DNA of 64,000 nt from Deltaproteobacteria bacterium (GTDB lineage: Bacteria > Desulfobacterota > Binatia > Binatales > Binataceae). The DNA lies in the NCBI GenBank assembly GCA_003135135.1, contig PLDK01000003.1, forward strand, positions 1,492 through 65,491, written 5' to 3'. The position numbers and the translations under genes are program-made. The notes beneath the pieces were generated by a model. The model made no database searches, was not told where the DNA came from, and saw only the letters and a program-made list of their open reading frames with translations. This document shows, in pieces, positions 27,972 through 36,397 of this stretch (the stretch's first letter is position 1; each line of letters opens with the position of its first letter).

Positions 27972-29021
27972 GTGGGGCAAATCGAACGGTCTCAACCGGA
28001 ACTTTTCTGGGCATCGCGCTCCGTCACCGACCTGAGCAAAACGAGAATCCCAGACTTTCATCAGCAAGCCTACGGGCTGCAAATCGTTACAGACCTTCCG
28101 CTTCCGGAGCTTCCGGCACTTCGAGTGTCGTCGGTAGGGTCGGCGGTTCGCGCGACTCTAGGCGGACGCTCTCAGCGCCTCCGCCTCAATCCCCGATGGT
28201 ACCTGCGTTCGCGGCTTCCAGGCGGCAGGATTTGGCTCCGCTGCGGCAAGACTCCGGCTGGTTACGTACTTTCCTTTGCTAACATAGCCGACTTTGTCAT
28301 TGACAGCTCCGGAAGCCAGGTAGTCTGCTGCAACGCGAGCAGCGACGTTAGTCTGGAGACCATCCGTCATCTCCTTATAGACCAGGTGCTCCCGCTGGTT
28401 GTAAACCTGCGCGGCCGGGAGGCCCTGCACGCTACTGCGGTCGCGACGCACAGGGGAGTTTGTGCATTCACGGGACCTGCAGGGTCGGGTAAGTCAACGC
28501 TCGCCGCGAGCTTCGTCCTATCTGGGTATCCGCTGGTCTGCGACGATTGCCTGGCGCTTTCCGAAGGCAAAGCGTTTATGGCGCTTCCCGGTTATCCGGG
28601 TTTGCGGCTGTGGCGCGATTCGATCCGGGCGCTTGGCGCAAGTTCACGGAATCTGAAGCCGGTCGCGCACTATACGACAAAATCGCGCTTAAAAAACCAC
28701 TCCCGACGCGCCGACTTCTGCTCGACAACACGCCGGCTCGCGCGCATCTATCTGCTCGAGCGCGCGCGATCGAGCAAACACTCAGCCCGCGTCGCGATCC
28801 AGGAGCTCGCTCCCGGCGAGGCGCTGATGGGGCTGGTCAAGGCGGCCTATAGGCTCGACATCACCGACCGTGCGATGCTGACGCGTCAGTTCCAGTTCCT
28901 CTCCCGCGTTGCCGAGCGCGTTCCGGTCAAACGTCTCATCGTGCCCAATGAATTTTCCGCACTCGCCGAGGTAAGAGCGGCGGTGCTGCACGACTTGAGC
29001 CACCGTCGGCCGCCCCGTTGA
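27972..29021 (+). CDS. HPr kinase/phosphorylase-like protein: putative lasso-peptide tailoring kinase
   Basis: HprK C-terminal domain signature LHATAV...GVCAFTGPAGSGKSTLAASFVLSGYPLVCDD (compare HprK GxSGxGKSE...ADD). Confidence 0.75.
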   Translation: MGQIERSQPELFWASRSVTDLSKTRIPDFHQQAYGLQIVTDLPLPELPALRVSSVGSAVRATLGGRSQRLRLNPRWYLRSRLPGGRIWLRCGKTPAGYVLSFANIADFVIDSSGSQVVCCNASSDVSLETIRHLLIDQVLPLVVNLRGREALHATAVATHRGVCAFTGPAGSGKSTLAASFVLSGYPLVCDDCLALSEGKAFMALPGYPGLRLWRDSIRALGASSRNLKPVAHYTTKSRLKNHSRRADFCSTTRRLARIYLLERARSSKHSARVAIQELAPGEALMGLVKAAYRLDITDRAMLTRQFQFLSRVAERVPVKRLIVPNEFSALAEVRAAVLHDLSHRRPPR

Positions 29022-29133
29022 GCGCTATACCAAGGCGATAGATGTCTCAGAAACGCGAAGCTCCGCGGGTCGCAGGACCCGCGGAGCCATCGCACAAACG
29101 ATCAAGACCTAAGCCTTAAATTCTCCATCCCGA

Positions 29134-30129
29134 TCAGAACGGAGTCAGCGGAATGCAGGCGGGACTCAACACGCCGTCGGCATCGGCCGTGCCATAGTCG
29201 TTGGTGACCCAGTGGTTGCCTCCGCACGTGCTGCTCGCGTCGTGGAGATCGTGACCGCTTGTAACACCATTGCCCGATGCGCTTATGAGGTAAACCTGAT
29301 CCATGTTGGTCGATTCACTTGCGTCCAGGAAAATTCCGTCACCGTTGTTGCCAGTGACCGCAGCTGAACCAGCGGTAGCACCTTCGGGCGCATCGCCCAC
29401 CTTAACCTCGGAATTGGAGCCGCAACCCCATGTGCAGCCTACGTGCACGCCAGCGCCACCGTTACCGGTAGCGGTGAACACGCTGATCCTCGGTCCGTCC
29501 GAGCCGGTTACGAGCACTCCATCGGCGCCGTTGCCTGAAGCGCTGAAGTCTGAAATGCCGCACTCATCACCGCAGTTATATATGTAAATACCCTGCTTGC
29601 TATTCGCCGTGGAATCAACATTGGTCCATATTTCCGTCGTGCTCTCGCCAGTGCCGTTCATCTCCAGCCCGACTCCGTTGTCGGTCGTGACGATCGCATC
29701 GCCTGCAGTATTACCTCCCTTATCCAACACACCCACTGCAAACCCCGAGATTACGCTGCCACCGCCTTCGATCACGTCCTCATTGGCTGAGCTTTCGACG
29801 AAGATTCCGTCCCCTGTCGAGGTCCCCGTCCCAGTGTACGTGATGCTGTAACCCTGGAGACTAAGGGTGTTGTCGTGGCCACCGAGAGTGAGGCAGGTGT
29901 TGCCGGCGACAGTCTCGGTGAGGTTATTCTGTACCAGATAGATCGTGTTGTTAGCCGTGTACGACCCGCACGTGGTGATACCCATGGGATCTACGGCGTT
30001 CGCAGACGCATGAGCCTTCTTGGCCCAAGCGGCCTGCGGGCCAGTCAGGACAAGCGCGGCCGTCAAAGCAAGAAAAGATACGCCAGGAGCGCCTATACTT
30101 TGAAAAAACCCTCGTTTGATTGCCTTCAT
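29134..30129 (-). CDS. Secreted parallel beta-helix repeat protein (Gly/Asn/Thr-rich, GNG/GDG repeats)
   Basis: Signal peptide followed by low-complexity repeats typical of right-handed beta-helix proteins. Confidence 0.55.
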   Translation of the reverse strand: MKAIKRGFFQSIGAPGVSFLALTAALVLTGPQAAWAKKAHASANAVDPMGITTCGSYTANNTIYLVQNNLTETVAGNTCLTLGGHDNTLSLQGYSITYTGTGTSTGDGIFVESSANEDVIEGGGSVISGFAVGVLDKGGNTAGDAIVTTDNGVGLEMNGTGESTTEIWTNVDSTANSKQGIYIYNCGDECGISDFSASGNGADGVLVTGSDGPRISVFTATGNGGAGVHVGCTWGCGSNSEVKVGDAPEGATAGSAAVTGNNGDGIFLDASESTNMDQVYLISASGNGVTSGHDLHDASSTCGGNHWVTNDYGTADADGVLSPACIPLTPF

Positions 30130-30380
30130 ATCGTTTATGCTCCTTCGCCTTTCTTTCGTTTTCTGTGTGGCGACACCATTAATAAGCGGCTCTTGGCAAC
30201 TCTTGTTCTTGGACGTTTGCTCACGACGTGCCGAGGTAGATTTAGCAATGGTTTAGATCGACGGCGAATCATTTCATTTTGCCTCCCTTGAGTCAAGCGG
30301 TTCTATGACGCCCATTGACGGCTTTGCTATTCGATTTTAGTCGTTAGAAGTCGTAGATTAGGCTCAGCGACGTAAATCTC

Positions 30381-30549
30381 TACAAGTTGTTATCCTGTTG
30401 CCCACAAAACGAAAGCCGGTGTCGCCGATAGATACACTTGCAAAGCGCAGTCGCTGGCCGCTTTCAGTCTACAATTTGTCATCCGGTTGTTATGCTCTTG
30501 CGGACGAGAAGGAAACGGCTGTCACCGATCGATACACTTGCAAGGCGCA
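30381..30549 (+). repeat. Tandem direct repeat (about 69 + 80 nt copies, roughly 85% identical). It overlaps the start of the nucleotidyltransferase gene.
   Basis: Copy 1 is 30381-30449, copy 2 is 30470-30549. Both encode the peptide [KR]KR.[VL]SPIDTLA[KR]R, but in different frames. Confidence 0.7.
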
Positions 30550-31802
30550 CTTGGTCCCAGCTCGCGCCTGGGGCTATTGTTGACAACTCTGTGGAATTCG
30601 ACGCCCTCCTCGACCTTGCCGGCTTGTCCATCGAAGCGGCGCTCGTGCTGTGCTGCGCGACAACTGCGGCCACGCCCGTGCGCACGGAACTGGCGGCCGA
30701 CCTTGCGCCGCGCGTGCGCAGTTGGGACCGCGTCGTCGATATCGCCAAACGTCATGCGGTGCTCCCGTTAGTACATCGCTATCTGAAACTCGAATGTCCG
30801 ACCGCGGTTCCGGGAGAGGGGCTTGCGAAGCTGCGGACGCAGTGGCAGCTGATCATTCTCTACAACCGTCATCTGACCGCCGAACTTGTGCGCCTGATGG
30901 GCCTGCTGAAAGCGGCTGGAGTTCCGGCTGTCACCTTCAAGGGTCCGGTACTTGCCGCGATGGCATACGGATCGATCGAACTTCGCCAGTTCAGCGATCT
31001 GGATATTCTCGTGCGTCAGACTGACCTGCCCCGGGTCGCCGAAATACTCACCGCCGAACGATATTTGTCGCCACATACCAGGCGCGAAGGTCTCGCCACC
31101 GGCTACTTTCAGGAGTACGAGGACGCCTTCGTCGGACCCGACGGGCTGGGCGCCGTGGACGTTCATTGGAACCTCACGCCGCGGTCGTTCCGTTTCGCCC
31201 CCGACGAGGAAGGCCTGTGGCGGCGCGCGCACGAGGTCGATCTGGAGTTCGGCAAAGCGATGGCGATCGCGCCCGACGACCTGTTGCTGTACATCTGCGT
31301 TCACGCCACGAAGCATGGATGGGTCACGCTCGGATCGATCTGCGATGTCGCCGAGACCGTTCGCGCGCGTCCGGAAATCGATCTGATGAGGATACTCGAC
31401 GAGGCAACCTCACTCGGGAGCCGGCGGATGTTCCTGACCGGCATCTGCCTGGCGCACGAGCTGGTCGGCGCGCCGATTCCCGCCGATCTTGTCACGATAG
31501 CTCGCGACGACCGCGCCGCCCGGGCATTGGCAGGACGCGTGGCGGGGCAACTGTTCAGCGGAGCCACGCAGGGACGGGCAGACTTCGATCCGTGGGCGGT
31601 TCCGATCCGCTCGATCGAGGGCGCACGCGCGCGAATGCGCTACATCGTCCGCCGAATGCTGGCGCCGACGATGGGCGACTACGAACTCATCCCGCTGCCA
31701 GCAGCGCTCTTTCCGCTCTACTGGGTGATTCGGCCGTTTCGGATGGCAGTGCAATACGGGCCGCGGCTGGTCCGCGGCTCTTCGACCAGTTCGAACGCGT
31801 GA
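30492..31802 (+). CDS. Uncharacterised nucleotidyltransferase-family protein (PF14907-like), a type often linked to kinase-containing lasso clusters
   Basis: About 436 aa, with the architecture and motifs (GS...DLDILV) of the 'uncharacterised nucleotidyltransferase' family. The start is taken at MLLRT (30492) inside repeat copy 2; the ORF track start is 30438. Confidence 0.55.
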   Translation: MLLRTRRKRLSPIDTLARRTWSQLAPGAIVDNSVEFDALLDLAGLSIEAALVLCCATTAATPVRTELAADLAPRVRSWDRVVDIAKRHAVLPLVHRYLKLECPTAVPGEGLAKLRTQWQLIILYNRHLTAELVRLMGLLKAAGVPAVTFKGPVLAAMAYGSIELRQFSDLDILVRQTDLPRVAEILTAERYLSPHTRREGLATGYFQEYEDAFVGPDGLGAVDVHWNLTPRSFRFAPDEEGLWRRAHEVDLEFGKAMAIAPDDLLLYICVHATKHGWVTLGSICDVAETVRARPEIDLMRILDEATSLGSRRMFLTGICLAHELVGAPIPADLVTIARDDRAARALAGRVAGQLFSGATQGRADFDPWAVPIRSIEGARARMRYIVRRMLAPTMGDYELIPLPAALFPLYWVIRPFRMAVQYGPRLVRGSSTSSNA

Positions 31803-31835
31803 GCAGTCTCAATTTTTGATTTTTTAGTGGATTTT

Positions 31836-31911
31836 TGGTGAGCCGGCCGGGACTTGAACCCGGGACCCTGTGATTAAAAGTCACATGCTCTACCGCCTGA
31901 GCTACCGGCTC
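31836..31911 (-). tRNA. tRNA-Lys (anticodon UUU), 76 nt with encoded CCA
   Basis: Manual cloverleaf: acceptor GAGCCGG/CCGGCTC, D-arm GCTC..GAGC, anticodon stem TGTGA/TCACA with loop CTTTTAA, T-arm CCGGG TTCAAGT CCCGG. Confidence 0.85.
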
Positions 31912-32356
31912 GCCCGAGAGGTTTCAATGCTTACAGGTAATTCGAAGCATTGGGAATAGTCGCGACTTCCGAAGTCGGTTCCGCAACTCCGCCCCGCTCT
32001 GATTTCAACTACGCATGTGCCGCGAAAGCTCTATTATTAGATAGTTAAATTAGCTCAAAGCGCGGCGTAGCGTTACCAGAAGAGCGACCGAGATGAGGGC
32101 GGTGAAGGCGCGGGGTTATGTCATTTTCTATCAAATTTTCTAGCCAGCGCCGTCATGGTTGCACCGCGCTCATCACGGTGAAAAGCGCAATGACTAAACA
32201 CAAGTTGACTAGCTTTTGCCCAAATTCGGCAATTTCTGCGCTGACCATCTTGACAGGCTAGCCCCTACTAGAATATATCCAAACCCTACAAATTAGTAGA
32301 GCAGGTTTAGGAAATAAGCGGAAGTTAGAAGAGTCAGCGCTCGAGGGGAACTGAAG

Positions 32357-33580
32357 ATGCGCCTACATGAGTACTCGGCGAAAGGATCGCCGGTCGCGAC
32401 TGCGAGGCAGAATCTTGGCGCCCAGCCGGCGGACGCAACGTCCGAGTGGTTGAGCCTGGCGGATCTTGCGCACGGGTCGGAACGGATTGGCGGGGCGGTG
32501 GTGCGGTCGGCGCACGCGCGCAAAATACTCAAAACCATTTCACGCTTGAGTCCGTACAAGGCAACGGTCCTGATTCACGGCGAATCCGGAACCGGGAAGG
32601 AACTGGTCGCGCGCGCGCTGCATACGATGGGCTCGGCGCCAAACGGTCCGTTCGTGACCTTCAATTGCTCCAACCTGGTCGAGTCGCTGGCAGAGTCGCA
32701 GCTTTTCGGTCATGTGCGCGGCGCATTCACCGATGCCCGCGAGGATTCGCTCGGCTATTTTCGCTCCGCCAACGGCGGAACTCTATTTCTGGACGAAGTC
32801 GGCGAGCTTCCGCTGCGCCTGCAGCCCAAGCTGCTGCGCGCGCTCGATACCCACGAGATTCAGCCGGTCGGTTCTTCACGCACCTACTCGGTTGATATTC
32901 GGCTGGTCGCGGCAAGCAATCGCGACCTGCACGCGATGGTCAAGGCGGGGCAATTCCGCGACGACCTCTACTACCGCCTTAACGCGGCGGCAATCCTGGT
33001 TCCGCCGCTTCGCGAGCGGCGCGAGGCAATCCCGGCCTTCATCGCTCATTTTATCGAGCACTTCAACCGCCTGTTCGGCAAAGATATAAAGCTCGTTTCG
33101 CGGATCGCCTTGGACGCACTGTACGCCGACCCGTGGCCCGGCAACGTCCGCGAGCTCAGCCATGCAATCGAGAGCGCGGTGCTGATGACCGAAAACGATC
33201 GTATCGATCTCGACGACCTGCCTTTGCGCCACCACGATGCGAATCCGGAAGTGGTGGGCGAGTCGGTCGAGAAGGTGCTGCAAAACGGCGGGCTCAATCT
33301 CGACGGCGGGCCCAATGGCGACGGGATTGACTGCGAGAAGGCGTCGAAGCGGTGCTTCGAAATGGCGAGCTGGCCCTACTCGCTCGACGCGGTAATCCGC
33401 GAGGCCTCGAAAGTCGCGCTGGTTCGCGCGCTGGAAGCGACCGAGGGCAATTGCCATCGCGCGGCCGAGTTGCTGGGCGTATCGCGCTACACGGTTTACC
33501 GAATGCTGAACCGGTATGGCCTGGGCGAAGGCCATACCTACAGGACGCTGCGCAAGTCGACTGTACGCCGCGCGTCTTGA
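32357..33580 (+). CDS. Sigma-54-dependent transcriptional activator (AAA+ plus HTH) with no receiver domain; paralogue of 4131-5291
   Basis: GESGTGKELVARALH, GAFTDA, and a C-terminal HTH (RAAELLGVSRYTVYRML). The N-terminus is short. Confidence 0.9.
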   Translation: MRLHEYSAKGSPVATARQNLGAQPADATSEWLSLADLAHGSERIGGAVVRSAHARKILKTISRLSPYKATVLIHGESGTGKELVARALHTMGSAPNGPFVTFNCSNLVESLAESQLFGHVRGAFTDAREDSLGYFRSANGGTLFLDEVGELPLRLQPKLLRALDTHEIQPVGSSRTYSVDIRLVAASNRDLHAMVKAGQFRDDLYYRLNAAAILVPPLRERREAIPAFIAHFIEHFNRLFGKDIKLVSRIALDALYADPWPGNVRELSHAIESAVLMTENDRIDLDDLPLRHHDANPEVVGESVEKVLQNGGLNLDGGPNGDGIDCEKASKRCFEMASWPYSLDAVIREASKVALVRALEATEGNCHRAAELLGVSRYTVYRMLNRYGLGEGHTYRTLRKSTVRRAS

Positions 33581-33840
33581 ATCTCCTCTGACGGCCTCTC
33601 CCGGTTTGCGACTGGCGACCTACTCGCCAGCCGCGGAGGCGGCTATTACCTCAAGCGGATAAGCCGAAGAAAAAACGACGGGATTTCCCGAAAGATGGAC
33701 AGTACGCGATCGATCCTGTACACCTGACTCGGTTGCACGAGGTCAGGTCCTGGAGCCGTGAACGGGAAGCGACCTGACAGGCTCTGTGAGTTGTTGAGCA
33801 CGCTGCGCCCGCGGACGGCGCAGTAAAGGGAAAGGCGCGC

Positions 33841-33981
33841 ATGCCGCTCGAAACATCGCGCGACGAATTCTGCGAAGAAGACCTACCTCCGCCTACCGGC
33901 ACGATCTTCATATTAGGAACGTACATGCTGGTGCTCGCCGTGAGCTGGGCCGTGATGTTCTGGATGCTGCTGGATAGATAA
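33841..33981 (+). CDS. Haem-copper oxidase subunit IIa (46 aa single-TM peptide of ba3-type oxidases)
   Basis: Found by manual translation (below the ORF threshold). Single TM helix IFILGTYMLVLAVSWAVMFWML. The stop abuts the subunit II start codon. Confidence 0.55.
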   Translation: MPLETSRDEFCEEDLPPPTGTIFILGTYMLVLAVSWAVMFWMLLDR

Positions 33982-34464
33982 ATGGAACGGTACGAGAAGG
34001 CCTTTCTTGCGGCATGCGCGGTAATACTGGTGATTTTTCTGGGCGCGCTTGCCTACGGCAGCGTCGCGATGGGCGTGCATCTTCCTTCGCGTGGCGGGCT
34101 GATCTATTGCGGGGTCGGCCAGAAGCTTCGCAAGGTGCTAAGCAAAACGCCACCTTTCGATCACCCCGGAGTGCAGGAAATCGCGCCGGGGAAATACCGG
34201 GCGGTGGTGATCGCGAAGACCTGGACCTTCGCTCCCAATGAGATCGACCTTCCGGTCGGCGCCGAGGTGAGCTTCGTCGCAACGTCGGTTGACGTGATTC
34301 ACGGATTTTTCATCGTCGGCACGCGGGTCAACGTGATGCTCGTTCCCGGGGAGATTTCTCAATTCGACTATCGCTTTACCAAACCCGGCGAATACCTGCT
34401 GATATGCCAGGAATACTGTGGCGAGCTGCATCAGACGATGTCCGGGAAGGTGGTGGTCAAATGA
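33982..34464 (+). CDS. Cytochrome c oxidase subunit II, ba3-type (short cupredoxin with CuA site)
   Basis: CuA ligand motif H...CQEYCGELHQTM, 160 aa, one N-terminal TM helix. Confidence 0.85.
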   Translation: MERYEKAFLAACAVILVIFLGALAYGSVAMGVHLPSRGGLIYCGVGQKLRKVLSKTPPFDHPGVQEIAPGKYRAVVIAKTWTFAPNEIDLPVGAEVSFVATSVDVIHGFFIVGTRVNVMLVPGEISQFDYRFTKPGEYLLICQEYCGELHQTMSGKVVVK

Positions 34465-36122
34465 GTACGGCTATCGTCTCGGAGCCGTCCGGCTTCGCCC
34501 TGCCGCAGGACCAGTTGAACGTTATCAAATGGAACATCTATTTCGGGTTCGCGGTGCTTGCGGTCGGCGTCATCATGGGGCTGGGTCAGGCGCTCAGTTA
34601 CGCGCGCGTGAACGTCTTCCCGTACTACCCGGTAGTGAAATCCTACTACCAGGCACTAACGATTCATGGGGTGTTCAACGCGCTGGTGCTCACGACGGCG
34701 TTCGCCAACGGCTTTATCGCGCTGACCACGGCGCGAGGTTTCGGGCGCAAGCTCAATAATGCGCTGCTGCATGCGGCGTTCTGGACGCTTTTTGCCGGCT
34801 CGATCCTGGCGGCGTATGCGATGTTCGCCGACAAGGCCTCGGTCCTGTACACCTTCTACCCGCCGCTGGAAGCCGACTGGACGTTCTACCTGGGCCTCGC
34901 GTTGGTGGTGGTGAGCACGTGGATAACCTCGGCGGCTCAGCTCGTGGCGCTGCGCGGATGGCGCAAGGATCATCCGGGCGAGCGAGTGCCGCTGCTCGCC
35001 TTCATGTCGATCGCAACCTACGTGATGTGGGATATCGCATCGGTGGGCCTGGCCGTAGAGGTCGTGGTGTTCCTGCTGCCATGGTCGCTGGGATTGCTTC
35101 CGGGCGTCGATCCGATGCTCGATCGCACGCTGTTCTGGTTCACGGGGCATCCGATCGTGTACTTCTGGCTGCTGCCGGTTTACGTTTCATGGTACGGACT
35201 GATTCCCAAACAGGCCGGCGGCGTGCTGTTCAGCGACACCGTGACGCGGGTGGCCTTCATACTTTTTATCCTGCTGATCCCGGTCGGTTTTCATCATCAG
35301 TTCATGGACCCGGGAGTATCGCAGGGACTGAAGTTCACCGTCGCGGCCATGACCTTCGCGATTTTCTTCCCCAGCCTGATAACGGCGTTCTCGGTAATGT
35401 ATGCGCTCGAGATCGGGGGACGCCGTCGTGGCGGGAAGGGGCTGATTGGTTGGTTTTTCAAGATTCCATGGAGCGATCCGTCGGTGGCGGCGCAGGTGCT
35501 GGCGATGATCGCATTCCTGCTCGGCGGCATCTCCGGCCTGATGAACGGGAGCTACACGATGAACATGGAGATTCACAACACCGCGTTTATATCGGGCCAT
35601 TTTCATCAAACCATCGGCTGCGCGGTGGCCCTCTCCTACATGGGAATTGCATATTGGCTGATACCGTATCTCGAGCGGCGCGAGCTATGGTCGGCGCGCC
35701 TGGCACTGTTCCAGGCATTTTTGTATTTCTTCGCAGTGATGATTTTCTCCAACGGCCTGGAAGCCGGAGGTCTGGAGGGAATGCCGCGGCGCACCGACAT
35801 GGTGCATGCAACCTACGGCCTGGCGGCGTGGAAGATTCCGGGAATCATGACCGCCTTCGGCGGAACGCTGATGTTCGTGAGCGCGATGCTGTTCTTTTTC
35901 ATCGTGGTGATGACGATAGTTGCCGGCAAAAAGGCCTCGCAGCGCGACCTTCCGTTTACCGCGACGGTCCAGGCGCCACCCACCGTCGGATGGCAGCCGC
36001 GGCTCGATCGGCTTAGCTACTGGGTTGCGGCTTCGGTCGTCCTGACAATCGCGGTCTATGGCCCATTTATCCTCGAACACTTCCCGCCCAGCCTCACGAC
36101 CCAGGGCCTGCTCTATCCTTAG
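34461..36122 (+). CDS. Cytochrome c oxidase subunit I, B-family (ba3-type)
   Basis: WFTGHPIVYFWLLPVYVSWYGLIPKQ is near-identical to the Thermus ba3 signature FFGHPIVYFWLLPAY. About 13 TM helices. ATGA overlap with the subunit II stop. Confidence 0.85.
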   Translation: MSTAIVSEPSGFALPQDQLNVIKWNIYFGFAVLAVGVIMGLGQALSYARVNVFPYYPVVKSYYQALTIHGVFNALVLTTAFANGFIALTTARGFGRKLNNALLHAAFWTLFAGSILAAYAMFADKASVLYTFYPPLEADWTFYLGLALVVVSTWITSAAQLVALRGWRKDHPGERVPLLAFMSIATYVMWDIASVGLAVEVVVFLLPWSLGLLPGVDPMLDRTLFWFTGHPIVYFWLLPVYVSWYGLIPKQAGGVLFSDTVTRVAFILFILLIPVGFHHQFMDPGVSQGLKFTVAAMTFAIFFPSLITAFSVMYALEIGGRRRGGKGLIGWFFKIPWSDPSVAAQVLAMIAFLLGGISGLMNGSYTMNMEIHNTAFISGHFHQTIGCAVALSYMGIAYWLIPYLERRELWSARLALFQAFLYFFAVMIFSNGLEAGGLEGMPRRTDMVHATYGLAAWKIPGIMTAFGGTLMFVSAMLFFFIVVMTIVAGKKASQRDLPFTATVQAPPTVGWQPRLDRLSYWVAASVVLTIAVYGPFILEHFPPSLTTQGLLYP

Positions 36123-36397
36123 CAGGCTGTTGAAAAAGTAGTTTTCAACGCCTGCTCCCTCTCTCTTGTCTCCCCCAGAGGGGGAGATGTTGTAGGTAAG
36201 AAGCCATCTTTTACGCAGGGTGTTGAACGGTTCGAGACCCTAACTACGCTTCGATATGAGTTTATCAACACCCTGTTGGAGCCTGAGCCGGTCGGCTTCA
36301 TCACCCGCCGGTTGAGCCGGTTGGCACAAGCCGTGTAACCTACCGGCAAAGGGCCCGCGCGGCCTGCCAAAAAACCATGAGAGAGCCAAGCTAAACG

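Noticed and set aside
29134-30129. Beta-helix protein as a possible substitute for the missing lasso B2 protease
   Set aside because: It has no Cys-His-Asp transglutaminase signature, it is secreted (signal peptide), and it is low-complexity. This was kept only as a remote possibility inside the B2 finding.
34919-36016. 365-aa plus-strand ORF
   Set aside because: It lies inside cytochrome oxidase subunit I in an alternative frame. It is Arg/Gly-rich and has no support.
36310-36345. TGGCAC-containing sequence (ttggcacaagccgtgtaa) upstream of the GT2 gene, considered as a sigma-54 promoter
   Set aside because: The -12 element is GTGTA rather than TTGCW (no GC dinucleotide). The match is too weak to call.
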